Positions 1 through 11,190 are shown, counted from the stretch's first letter. The stretch is 48,979 nt of DNA from Octopus sinensis (GCF_006345805.1 NW_021834532.1:1-48979), one strand, 5' to 3'. Notes: generated from the sequence alone by a model not told the origin. A program made the numbers and translations.

Positions 1-115
1 AAATAAGTCCTGGGGTCGATTTGTTCAAAAACAAAAAACAAAAAAAAACCTTCAAGGCAGTACTCTAGCATGACCGCAGTCAAATCGACCGAAACAAATA
101 AAATATAAAAGATAA
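1..115 (+). mobile_element. SINE family A, 3' tail fragment
   Basis: AATAAGTCCTGGGGTCGATTTG...CTAGCATGACCGCAGTCAAAT..GAAACAAATAAAA matches the tails of the full copies at 34026 and 36005. Confidence 0.8.
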
Positions 116-430
116 AAAAATAAAGCATACAAGACATACCATTCATTAAATATACAATTAACGACAATTATCAATTATCGAAAGTCTAGCAAATAGCCAT
201 ACCTTACGATCGGCTGCATTAATAACAGCATATATTTGCCTCTATCAAATACAGCCGACATCTTCTTCTGCCTCACCGTACAGCGGTCCCCCAAAATTTG
301 GGTTGTTTGAACCACAAAGAATAAAATACGTCAATAAAAAAATTCATTCTTTTCAAAATCTTGGCGCAAAACCAAGACTTTTGAATACAAGAAGCGTAAG
401 AAGCGTTCTTTAAACGGACTTCATTTATCA

Positions 431-713
431 GTCGTTCTCAGGTTAGTAAATCTATCTGTCTGTCTGTCTGTCTGTCTCTGTCTCTCTCTCTGTCTCTCTC
501 TGTCTCTCTCTCTGTCTCCCTCCCCCTCTCTCTCTCTCTATCTATCTTTTGACGCATACGAACACAAACTAGTCATTTTCCAATTATATTGCAATATACA
601 CTCTCTCCCCACCTCTCTCTCTCAAACACACACACACATGTTCTTACACGCGCGCGCGAACACAAGCACATTCACATACGTGTGTCAGCATATATTTTGA
701 TTCATTGTATCTA

Positions 714-757
<44 letters not shown>

Positions 758-786
758 ATATCTATCTATCTATCTATTTGTCTGTG

Positions 787-838
<52 letters not shown>

Positions 839-854
839 CCTAAGTGTCTGTCTG

Positions 855-906
<52 letters not shown>

Positions 907-958
907 CCTGTCTGTCTGTCTGTTTGTCTGTCTATCTATCTATTTGACTGCCTCTCTG

Positions 959-1000
<42 letters not shown>
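431..1000. repeat. (TCTG)n/(TC)n/(CA)n/(TCTA)n compound microsatellite
   Basis: Direct reading; explains ORFs 589..843 and 705..947. Confidence 0.95.
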
Positions 1001-1125
1001 GTTGATAATGACTTCAAATGCGAAGCAGTGAAGATGGACGGATAACACCAAGGAATAAACAAGCAAATCATTAGAGCAGCTCCAACTACTCGTGACAGAT
1101 GCAAGGGACTAGTGTAGAGTATGTC

Positions 1126-1160
1126 ATCAATACGGTATCCTTTCGATCTTATCGGTTGAT
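1126..1160 (-). ncRNA. Decayed hammerhead-like motif
   Basis: Minus strand ATCAA-CCGATAA-GATC-GAA-AGGATACCGT-A-TTGAT: 5-bp stem I, but G8 is lost and stems II and III are poor. Confidence 0.3.
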
Positions 1161-1320
1161 AGTTCACGTAAATAAGCAATTATTCCGTTACATTTAGTTT
1201 CCAACAATTACAGTTTAAGTCTAAAGAGATATGAAAAAACCTTTAACGCAGTTTTGTCTTCGCTTCGATATAATACGTTTGCAGGAAAAGCTGTTTCATA
1301 TATATATATATATCTTTTTT

Positions 1321-1704
1321 TACTCTTTTACTTGTTTCAGTCATTTGACTGTGGCCATGCTGGAGCACCGCCTTTAGTCGAGCAAATCGACCCCGGGACT
1401 TATTCTTTGTAAGCCCATTACTTATTCTACTTTGCCAAACCGCTAAGTGACGGGGACGTAAACACACCAGCATTGGTTGTCAAGCAATGCTAGGGGGACA
1501 AACACAGACACACAAACACAGACGCATACATATACATATATATACATATATACGACAGGCTTCTTTCAGTTTCCGTCTACCAAATCCACTCACAAGGCAT
1601 TGGTCGGCCCGGGGCTATAGCAGAAGACACTTGCCCAAGATGCCACGCAGTGTGACTGAACCCGGAACCATGTGGTTGGTTAGCAAGCTACTTACCACAC
1701 TGCC
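1321..1704 (-). mobile_element. SINE family A, near full length (tRNA-derived head, internal microsatellite)
   Basis: Reverse complement of GTGTGGTAAGTAGCTTGCT..CCAACCACATGGTTCCGGGTTCAGT (A/B-box-like), the CCTTGGGCAAGTGTCTT body and the GGGGTCGATTTGCTCGACTAAAGGCGGTGCTCCAGCATGGCC tail. Confidence 0.9.
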
Positions 1705-1864
1705 AATATACCAACTATATACATTTTTATTATATTTTTGCAATTTACTTAATCATTGGTATTTTATTGTTATTTTAATTTGAATATTCTATTATATGTA
1801 ATTTCTAGATGGTGTAATTTAATTGATCATTTTGAATTGATAAAAGTTGTTTTTTTTCTAATTT

Positions 1865-1886
1865 TATATATATATATATGTATATA

Positions 1887-1958
<72 letters not shown>

Positions 1959-2045
1959 TATATTATATTGTGTGAAATTTGATTTAGTATTCTAAATTGA
2001 ATTTTTTTTCCCCTGTAAGGATTAATATTCCTCAAATAATTATGA

Positions 2046-2076
<31 letters not shown>

Positions 2077-2215
2077 GAGAACAAAGTGTACGTACGCCGC
2101 ATATATATATATATTATATATATATATATATTTAATACAAAATAGGACAAGAACGCAAAACATCCGAACAACTAGGTGATACAAGAGACATATATATATA
2201 TATATATATATATAT
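1865..2215. repeat. (TA)n microsatellite blocks
   Basis: Direct reading. Confidence 0.9.
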
Positions 2216-2290
2216 GTAGGTCCCGGGTTGATTCGGGGTTAACACAGTAAGTAAGGTACTCAATACTAGCAGAGAAAATAATTTATTATA

Positions 2291-2397
2291 AGAAGGAGCT
2301 TCTACAGGACTAGTACTGTTTCATTCAAGAGAAATCTTCAGGAGCTTCCTGAGATTTCTCTATGAATGAAACAGTACTAGTCTGTAGAAGCTCCTTC

Positions 2398-2398
<1 letters not shown>
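2291..2398. ncRNA. Fold-back of two head-to-head type I hammerhead motifs (one per strand)
   Basis: About 53-bp near-perfect arms. Plus strand: GGAGCTTC-CTGAGA-...-GAA-ACAG-TACTAGT-CTGT-A-GAAGCTCC (2341-2394, N7 missing). The minus copy has an intact CTGAAGA core (2335-2341). Confidence 0.65.
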
Positions 2399-2442
<44 letters not shown>

Positions 2443-2460
2443 AATATATTATATATATAC

Positions 2461-2491
<31 letters not shown>

Positions 2492-3094
2492 GATACACAT
2501 ACATATGTATACAGTATTTATAAGCTTAAAGCTCATAGCGATCAGGCGCATGACTCTATGAAGAACAATTATAAAAATAATGTATTGATAGTAGAAATAG
2601 TCATTGTCACTTTTGTATTTCCTGTTTCATACCCTTGTAATCAAGTGACACTTCCCTTTAGCAGTTCCAAGAGTGGATCTTCTGGAATTTATAAATATTG
2701 ATGTTACCGGGATATATGTTCATAATGGAAAAAATTTCTTCTGTTTGTACTGTACTTTCTATTTTAGCTGTAAAGTGTTTGGTGCAACTGTAGCCCATTT
2801 TCATGCCAGTTTTATCAAATATATTATATCTATGCTCTATGGGGAGATGCTTATTTATAAAGTTTAAGAAAATTCAGGCAACTTTGAAAAATACATTTAA
2901 ACTAAAGAGAAGATTATACCATATGATATTTCTTTGGCTATTAGTGAACATTAGTGCTTTATCACTTTATTGTTACTAAACATGTAAAGTAAGATTCAAT
3001 GAATCAACTAAAAGGATGATAAAAATCACCATTTATTTTAGCCCAACCTAACTTATAGCATTACCAATTGTGACAAAGGGTGAGCCTAAGCCTG

Positions 3095-3545
3095 GTCGCT
3101 CTGCCTGCTAGAAATAACCAGAAATTATCCCGCAAAACGCATCCTATAATTATAAAAAGATGATATATTTGAAAATGATGCTGCACTATATAATGTAGTT
3201 GTACATGTACCGTTGGTCAGGAAAAGTTGGTATTGTGGTATCTGGAATGTCTCCGATCATAGGTCAGCTAGATCATGGCCGAATGGAGGCTAAGCTATAA
3301 AGCAACAACAAAATCAATGAAAGAGTTTCTACGTGGGCTCTAGATCTGCAAGAAACAGCAGTCAAGTGTCTCTCAAACCACACCCTAATCTTTCAAAATT
3401 TCGAAAATACACATTAGATATGGTGTTCCCAGGCACACTGCTAAAAAAAAGAAAAAAAAAAGGCGGGCCGGTGATAGGACAGCGCAATTACAGTTGACCT
3501 ACAGCTAAACAATAATCATAACGGGAGCAGCAACAACAACAAAAA
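3095..3545 (+). mobile_element. Two tandem decayed copies of an old retroelement 3' tail (family F) ending in (AAC)n
   Basis: CTGCTAGAAATA..CAG../CTGCAAGAAACAGCAGTC starts, GGAATGTCTCCGATCATAGG motif and GCTAAAC-(AAC)n ends; similar to 18240, 24650, 34585 and 45700. Confidence 0.55.
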
Positions 3546-3849
3546 CAACAAAAATCAGAAAAAAAGGCAATAACGATAAAAAAAAAATATTCCTGTTTTT
3601 TTTAGTTACTCTCGTTTCCCGGCGCTCCTTAATGGACAGCCATCACTTCCTCTTCCTGGCACCATTGAAATATTTGCAACTGCAACCAGTGACCACCGTT
3701 CCTGTCCGCACCCTGCCCCCTTTACCCTCTGCCCCTCTGCGCTTCCACCCCCCACCCCCACCCCCCGCCAAATCCCCCGTTTGGTAAAACGCTTCTCTTC
3801 CCGTTCAACCGATCAACGAAATAAAACGTTATCGATTACTAGAGCAGCA

Positions 3850-3960
3850 ACAACAGTAACAACGACGACAACAACAACTACAACAACAACAACAGCATCA
3901 ACAACACCAATAGCAATAGCAAAACAAACATCTACAACACCATGTACAACAACAACAAGA

Positions 3961-4020
<60 letters not shown>

Positions 4021-4070
4021 ATTGCTACAGCTGATGCTGACGATGATGAAGATGGTGACGATAATGGTGG

Positions 4071-4114
<44 letters not shown>

Positions 4115-4350
4115 ATGATGATGACGATGTTGATGATGATAATGATGATGATGTTGATGATGATGATGATGGTTGTGGTGGTGATGATGGTGATGATGAT
4201 GACGATGTTGATGATGACGATGTTGATGATGACGATGTTGATGATGATGATGATGATGATGATGATAATGATGGTGGTGGTGGTGATGATGGTGATGATG
4301 GTGATGAAGCTGTTGTTGATGAAATGATGATGATGATTATGATGACTACA
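3850..4350. repeat. (AAC)n/(ACT)n/(GCT)n/(GAT)n trinucleotide microsatellite
   Basis: Direct reading; explains the poly-T/A/D ORF 3781..4371. Confidence 0.9.
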
Positions 4351-4654
4351 ACGATGCCGTTGCTACTATAGCGACTGCGACTGCTGCTGCACCTACTTAT
4401 CATCACCTACAAAGTGTTTAACCTAATGGGCACGTTGCCATGACAATCTCTCAAGCGCAAGAATTATGCATGTTCTAAAATTTTGGTCAGCTGCCACGCT
4501 AAGAAGGAAAACGGCAAATAAGAGAAACTGAAACACAACAAACAAGCAAACAAACAAAAAGAAAGATACATAGATTTAAATAATAAAATAAAAAACCAAT
4601 TCTCTATGGATGAGTCAATACTGTAGGCTACTTGGCAGAACAATTTTTGTTGAT

Positions 4655-4757
4655 ACGTATATATGTGTATGTATGTATGTATGTATATATATACACACAT
4701 ACATATATATATATATCTCTCTATATATATATTTATACATATATATACATACATACA

Positions 4758-4792
<35 letters not shown>

Positions 4793-4863
4793 TTATATAT
4801 ATATATATGTATGTATATATGTATGTATGTATGAATATATATATATGTATATATATATATATG

Positions 4864-4896
<33 letters not shown>

Positions 4897-4950
4897 CTGT
4901 GTGTGTGTGTGTGTGTGTGTGTATGTATTTATGTATAAGTACATATTTGC

Positions 4951-4980
<30 letters not shown>
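4655..4980. repeat. (TATG)n/(TA)n/(TG)n compound microsatellite
   Basis: Direct reading. Confidence 0.95.
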
Positions 4981-4981
<1 letters not shown>

Positions 4982-4982
4982 C

Positions 4983-5202
4983 AATAATAAAAGGGTAAAA
5001 CTAATTAATTATTAATTAATTTTACCAAGTAGTCTCCAGTATATAAAAAGGCCATTTACGGTATATTTAAAACATTACATTATATAATTAGGGTTCAGTA
5101 AAATAATTTACTTTTACCACACATTTCTTTACCACATATTTCTAAAAGGTCGGTGTGTGGTAAAGTAAATTATTTTACTGAACCCTAATTATATAACGTA
5201 AT
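4983..5202 (-). mobile_element. Putative Penelope-like terminal fragment with fold-back (same family as 12974-13295)
   Basis: Arms 5074-5122 and 5154-5202 (about 49 bp). The reverse complement of 4983-5070 aligns by eye with 13201-13292. Flanked by (TA)n. The Penelope-like assignment is inference. Confidence 0.6.
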
Positions 5203-5323
5203 ATATACATATTATATATATATGTAGTTAATCCAAACAAGAAAACACAGAAAAAAACACAGCAACGCGAGGACGTGGAACAATTAAAGTATTATTTGAC
5301 GCTCAGGAAAGAAGGGAAGGAGG

Positions 5324-5358
5324 GTTTAACGTTTCGAGCGGAGCTCTTCGTCGGAAAC
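5324..5358 (-). ncRNA. Minimal type I hammerhead motif, CCGACGA core, in a putative pseudo-LTR fragment (about 5228-5425)
   Basis: GTTT-CCGACGA-A-GAGC-TCC-GCTC-GAA-ACGT-T-AAAC: stem I GTTT/AAAC, stem II 4 bp, palindromic ACGT stem III, GUU site. Confidence 0.65.
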
Positions 5359-5532
5359 AAAGGAGAAGGAAAGATCCCGAGAAGGGAAGACAGAGGAAAA
5401 AAATTTTTTTGCTGGTGGTGCTCAAGAGATCACATGTATATGTATACACATATAATGTATGGGTATGTATATATGTGTATATACATATATATGTGCGTGC
5501 ATATGTATGTATATATATGGATATATGCACCA

Positions 5533-5880
5533 TGAAGGTGCATGGCTCTGTGGTTAGAGCATCGGGCTCACAATCATGAAGTTGTGAGTTCGATTCCCGG
5601 ACCGTGCTATGTATTGTGTTCTTGAGCAAGACTCTTTATTTCACAATACTCCAGTTGACACAGCTGTAGAAATGAGTTGCGACGTCACAGGTGCCAAGCT
5701 GTATCGGCCCCTTTGCCTTTCCCTTGGATAACATCAGTGGTGTGGAGAGGGGAGGCCGGTATGCATGGGCGACTGCTGGTCTTCCATAAACAACCTTGCT
5801 CGGACTTGTGCCTGGGAGGGTAACTTTCTATATGCAATCTCATGGTTATTCATGATCGAAAGGGTTCTTTACCATTTACA
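5533..5880 (+). mobile_element. SINE family D, full length (tRNA head, CORE-like body)
   Basis: GGCTCTGTGGTTAGAGC A-box, GAGTTCGATTCCC B-box, TGTGTTCTTGAGCAAGAC body; tail shared with 46873-47072. Confidence 0.85.
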
Positions 5881-5972
5881 TTCACATATATTTTATATGC
5901 ATATACATACGTTTTTGTCTGTCTGTCTATCTATCTAAATAGATAGACATTTTGAAAAAAATGCACGTAAAT

Positions 5973-6380
5973 ATTGGTTTCGAATTTTGTTGCAAGGCCA
6001 ACATGTGTGGGGGTGGGAGATAAGTCAATTACATCGACCTCAGTATTCAACTGGTATTCATTTTATCGACCCCGAAAGGATGAAATTCAAAGTCGACCTC
6101 GGCGGAATTTGGACTTAGAATGTAAAGACAGACGAAATACCTATTTCTATTTCTTTACTACCCACAAGGGGCTAAACACAGAGAGGACAAACAAGGACAG
6201 ACAAACGGATTAAGTCGATTACATCGACCCCAATGCGTAACTGGTACTTATTTAATCGACCCCGAAAGGATGAAAGGCAAAGTCGACCTCGGCGGAATTT
6301 GAACTCAGAACGTAGCGGCAGACGAAATACCGCAAAGCATTTTTCCCGGCGCGGTAACGATTCTGCCAGGTCGCCGCTTT
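5973..6380 (-). mobile_element. SINE family B, head plus two tandem body units
   Basis: Reverse complement of GGCGACCTGGCAGAATCGTTA..., GAGTTCAAATTCCGCCGAGGTCGACTTTG..TTTCATCCTTTCGGGGTCGAT occurring twice. Confidence 0.9.
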
Positions 6381-6486
6381 AAAACACGTAAATATTGAAA
6401 CAGTTATATTCCTAATGTACTTTAATGTATTTTAAATGTATTTTGTAGATTTAGCTTCAGCGAATATATTGATCATACAAGAAATA

Positions 6487-6690
6487 CTGTATGTTCCGGC
6501 ATATAAGTCGACACAATATTCAGTCTAAACATATATCAACATTCAGACATCGTCTCTATCTTTACGAATCCAAATGCATTTCACATAGAGGTTTTTTGTC
6601 CTCCAAAGCCGTCTTGGTGTATAAGTCGACCTCCCTTCTTTGGCTGTAAATTTTGGTAAGAAACATTAGACTTCTATGCCAGAAATACAA
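6487..6690. mobile_element. Tc1/mariner (pogo-like) MITE
   Basis: TA-CTGTATGTTCCGGCATATAAG left end; CTTCTATGCCAGAAATACAA right end is its imperfect reverse complement; internal repeat ATAAGTCGAC. Confidence 0.6.
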
Positions 6691-6978
6691 CATCTATTTC
6701 ATGCAGAAGTTCATGTTCAAAACGATTCTTTCTGTGAAGCTATCGAAACTATTTTGTTTCATGTTCCTCGTTAATCCATATTACGTTCGTTTACAGTTTA
6801 CAGAAGCGTTTTCCACTCCTCTTGGTAACCACGAGTGACAAACAGATGTGTAATGCGTCAGTGATGTAGCGGTAAAACTATAACTTTATTAGGGCACCAA
6901 TATTGGGAAGCAATTTAAACAGTTTTAAACAGCACAGTTAACTACACACATTTTTTTCACTTAGATATTCTTCTTAAC

Positions 6979-7256
6979 CAGTGTTTCTCAACCGGAATCC
7001 ATATAACCCCTGGGGGTCCGTATAGGATTTTTAGGGGTCCTTGCAAACAAAACAGTAAATTGGAGGTCTTCGATGTTATTTTAGGGTTTCAAGAAAAATC
7101 TTTTACGTGGCTATGCGGTAAGTAGCTTGCTTACCAACCACATGTTTCCGGGTCCAGTCCCACTTCATGGCACCTTGGGCAAGTGTCTTCTACCAGTGTA
7201 AAATAGTAATCAAAAGGGTTCATAAATAATTTTTTTAAAATAGTCGAGAACAACGG
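6979..7256. mobile_element. hAT-like MITE with a nested SINE A head (7106-7193)
   Basis: CAGTGTTTCTCAACC left TIR and degenerate right TIR AGTCGAGAACAACGG; the left end resembles the reverse complement of the right end of the 33915-34569 element. Confidence 0.6.
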
Positions 7257-8107
7257 TTCTAATTCTTCTGGATATAATTTGACCTCAAAAGTGCGTCCCA
7301 ATTACTAACTTGGTGTCTCGAAACGAAATCTATTATTTCCATATGCTGTTTTAATTTATCACTGATTCATTTAACATGGTGTTCTTTGGAACCTTTAACA
7401 CAATCGTGATAAGTGAGAAGAGATGTATTTCATTTAATGTCGTCTGCCAATCATTTAGAGCTAAACCAGTCATACGACAGTTAAACTGCTCTCTGGGTTT
7501 CTTTTTATTCTTGTTCTATATACAATTTTCGTTGTATCACATTCTTCATAGAGTTAATAAACATCTCCTTTCATTGAATTTTGCTGCATCTTCTGCAAAT
7601 CTTTCTGGCTAATTGTTCAAAGATTTATCTTTCTTTCTTTTATGCCTAACTGATACGTTCGAATACAAGAGGTGATGTATTCGAATGATGACTGCAAATT
7701 AAAATACAAACTTCACAAATATCAGATAGGTCAGTAAGAATGAACTTTTTATGCCTCAATAATAATCGGTTGCTGAACGTCGTGTTATCCCGTTCCAACA
7801 TGTTGCTGAAGTTGTAGTCAACATGTCTGACTGCTGATTGGCTACCGAAAGCGACGTGATCTTGTCTCATGGGTGATATGCTTTTGATCGTGAAATAAAG
7901 AAAAAATTATTTACTGCGAAATATCTGAGTTTCGTATAATCTTAATTTTCTTATGATATGTTTTAGAGTAAACAAAACATTAGTTTTAAGTAAAGCAATA
8001 AAAATACCTTTGATGACAAGATGACATATTTATGGATAGTGGAGCGACATAAAGAGTCCGGAAATTTTAGCTCCAAGTTTATATAACACACATCAACACA
8101 CACTGGT

Positions 8108-8365
8108 ATATATATATATATTAATGTATGTATGTATGTATGTATGTATGTATGTATGTATGTATGTATGTATGTGTGTGTGTATGTATGTATGTACGTA
8201 TGTATTAATGTATGTATGTATGTATGTATGTATGTATGTATGTGTATGTATTTATGTATGTATGTTGTATGTATGTATGTATGTATGTTGTATGTATGTA
8301 TATATGTATATATGTATGTATGTATGAACGTAGGTATTAATGTATGTATGTGCGTAAGTGTGTGT
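8108..8365. repeat. (TATG)n microsatellite
   Basis: Direct reading. Confidence 0.95.
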
Positions 8366-8366
8366 G

Positions 8367-8505
8367 AGGTCAGCTTTGTCCTTCATCCTTTCAGAGTCGA
8401 AAAAAACAAAGTACCAGTAACGTATTAGGGTCGATATAATCGACTAACTCCCCCTGCTCTCCCTAAAATAGCTGGCCCTGTGCCAAAATCTTAGACAACC
8501 ATTAT
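8367..8505 (+). mobile_element. SINE family B, 3' fragment
   Basis: GAGGTCAGCTTTGTCCTTCATCCTTTC...GGGTCGATATAATCGACT...GGCCCTGTGCCAAAA. Confidence 0.75.
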
Positions 8506-9106
8506 CAATAGTATTTTACTTACGAACTGACTTTTCTCCTTCATATTGATCGGAAGAAATTTCTTTTCATGTTTGTAATAATTGTCCTTTCCTTTCTGTC
8601 TCTCTCCACCTCTGTCTCACGCCTCCTTTCTTCCTTCCTTCCTTCCTTTCATTCTTCCTTCTTTCCTTTCTTTCTTTCTTTCTTTTTTCCTTCTTTCTTT
8701 CTTTCTTTTTTAGATTATATTTTTAAGTCTGAGACATGAAAAGGATTTTTGCAGTATCAATATTGTCCGTTTGCTTCAGATAAACGTTGATTGGGAGTAT
8801 ATGTGAAAGTGTGCTTACCGTGTGCTTGTGTGTTTATGTGTGTGTGTGTATGTGTGCGAGCGCGCGTGTAAGTGTATGTGTGTATGTGTATGTAAACATG
8901 TGTGTGCTCATTCGTATGTAAGTGTGTGAGCGTGCGCACTCGTGTGCGTGTGTGTGCGCTCGTGCGTGCGTGCAAGTGTTGGTAGAGTATAATGGGAAGT
9001 AATTAAAGGAAATAAAGCGATGATAAAATGGCGGAGGGTGAGATGCTAATTGCAAATTTGCTAATTTACATTAGAACAAAAGCAAAAAAACAAATACTTT
9101 AAATAT

Positions 9107-9147
<41 letters not shown>

Positions 9148-9501
9148 ATATATATAAATATATATACATCCCTTTCTTTATGTATTTATTCTTATGTTCT
9201 TATGTATATATATCAGCCTTAAGGCTGTGACCATGTTTATTTTTATCTTATATATATTTCTGTGTAACTGGGCTTGTGTCTGGTGTATGGCTGTGTCGCA
9301 TAATATATCGAGTTCTATCTAACCTGTTGTTAGAACTCAGTATAGGATTCTTTAGGGTAAAGTGTTCGGAGAGTACAGAGTGAAATATCAATTGATGAAC
9401 AACCTTCATTTAATTTACAGATCTTTTTTGCCGTAAGAAGTAATATGTTCAGAGGTGAGTGCTTGCGGAACATCCAAATGATTCCCCGGAGCCATTAAAA
9501 C

Positions 9502-9561
<60 letters not shown>

Positions 9562-9574
9562 ATGTATGGTGGTG

Positions 9575-9795
9575 GTGGTGGTGGTTAGAGCAGCTGACTC
9601 TCGGTCGAGGGATCTCGGGTTCGAATCTCAGACTGGGCGTTGTGTGTGTTTATGAGCGAAACACCTAACCTCCACGCGGCTCAGGCAGAAGGTAATGGCG
9701 AACTTCAGCTGACTCTTTCGCTCACTCTTTCCCCCTGCATCTTGCAGCTCACTTGCGACGGACCGGCGTCCCGTCCAGGTGGGGAACCTATACTT
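9575..9795 (+). mobile_element. SINE family C-related copy (variant tail)
   Basis: GTGGTTAGAGCAGCTGACTC..GGGTTCGAATCTCAGACTGGGCGTTGTG..TTTATGAGCGAAACACCTAA, as in 17508 and 29446; tail GCGACGGACCGGCGTCCCGTCCAGG. Confidence 0.75.
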
Positions 9796-9800
9796 TACTG

Positions 9801-10019
9801 CCCAAAAGGGGCTACACACAGAGGGGACAAACAAAGACAGATAAACGGATTAAGTCGATTACGTCGACCCCAGTGTGTAACTGGTACTTAATTTATCGAC
9901 CCCGAAAGGATGAAAAGCAAAGTCGACCTCGGCTGAATTTGAACTCAGAACGTAACGGCAGACGAATTACGGCTACGCATTTCGTCCGGCACGCTAACGT
10001 TTCTGCCAGCTCGCCACTT
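9801..10019 (-). mobile_element. SINE family B, single unit
   Basis: Reverse complement matches 10268-10500. Confidence 0.9.
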
Positions 10020-10267
10020 CTAATTCAATCACTCTATCATATGAAAATGCTATAAAGTGCATCTGGTTTTCAACAATGTAAACATTTCTAACATACATTC
10101 AAAACGAAATCATAGATTATTTTAGTGACTCTAGCTGTCAGTGGATTTTTGAAAAAAATTACAGCAGATTTAATGATTAATAAACAGCAACGGAGAGGGA
10201 TTGACTTCTAGGAATATTTCCTTTCGAATTTAACATCGGAGATAATCGCTTCTCTTTTTCTCTTTTA

Positions 10268-10864
10268 AGGCGGCGAGCTGGCAGAAACGTTAGCACGCCG
10301 GGCGAAATGTCTAGTGTTATTTCGTTCTGCCGTTACGTTCTGAGTTCAAATTCCGCCGAGGTCGACTTTGCCTTTCATCCTTTCGGGGTCGATAAATTAA
10401 GTACCAGTTACACACTGGGGTCGATATGATCGACTTAATCCGTTTGTCTGTCCTTGTTCGTCCTCTGTGTGTAGCCCCTTGTGGGTAGTAAAGAAATAGG
10501 TATTTCGTCTGCTGTTACGTTCTGAGTTCAAATTCCGCCGAGGTCGACTTTGCTTTTCATCCTTTCGGGGTCGATTAAATAAGTACCAGTTACGCACTGG
10601 GGTCGATATAATCGACTTAATCCGTTTGTCTGTCCTTGTTTGTCCTCTGTGTTTAGCCCCTTGTGGGTAGTAAAGAATTAGGGATTTCGTCTGCTGTAAC
10701 GTTCTGAGTTCAAATTCCGCCGAGGTCGACTTTGCCTTTCATCCTTTCGGGGTCGATTAAATAAGTACCAGTTACGCACTGGTGTCGATATAATCGACTT
10801 AATCCGTTTGTCTGTCCTTGTTTGTCCTTTCTGTGTTTAGCCCCTTGTGGGTAGTAAAGAAATA
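10268..10864 (+). mobile_element. SINE family B, head plus three tandem body units of about 182 bp
   Basis: GGCGGCGAGCTGGCAGAAACGTTAGC head; ATTTCGT(T)CTG..GTTCTGAGTTCAAATTCCGCCGAGG recurs near 10320, 10502 and 10684. Confidence 0.95.
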
Positions 10865-10874
10865 TAAAATCGTT

Positions 10875-11190
10875 TTTCTTTTACCAAGAAAACTGATGAC
10901 CAGAATGTTTGTGAGCCATTCAATGGTAGTGACTATGCCACCAGATACTTTTACCACATGTAGCGACTTCAGTAACCACGAGTGAGGAATTAACTCGAAT
11001 GGCTTTCTATAATCAGTCACGCAGTCACAATCCTCTTGTAAATTTTTTCCCCTTCAGACAGCATATCTTTATTAATGTAAAGTTGTTTGGCACATCTCCG
11101 TGCTCCTTCCTTTCCTTGTGTCTACACCCCAGTCATTATATTGTTGGATTCGCAATTGTCTTGGAGGAATTGGTTGACTCTGCGTCTGTG
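10875..11190 (-). pseudogene. R4/Dong-like non-LTR reverse transcriptase fragment
   Basis: Hand translation FLQDNCESNNIM...LYINKDML...DYRKPFELIPHSWLLKSL, homologous to 42010-42470 (LFLQDHCETNNII...DYKKDFDSLPHSWML). Confidence 0.75.

Noticed and set aside
2660-2867. Short unique ORF after an AG acceptor
   Set aside because: No recognisable homology or convincing donor site.
3606-4371. Pro-rich open frame plus the poly-Thr/Ala/Asp ORF 3781..4371
   Set aside because: Composed of pure trinucleotide microsatellites with no domain; the splice sites around 3606-3783 are only weakly suggestive.
7330-7980. Possible decayed transposase or LINE coding sequence
   Set aside because: No diagnostic motif recognisable in any frame; left unassigned.
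10317-10864. CRISPR-like or satellite array
   Set aside because: Units are near-identical SINE bodies with no unique spacers, and the context is eukaryotic.
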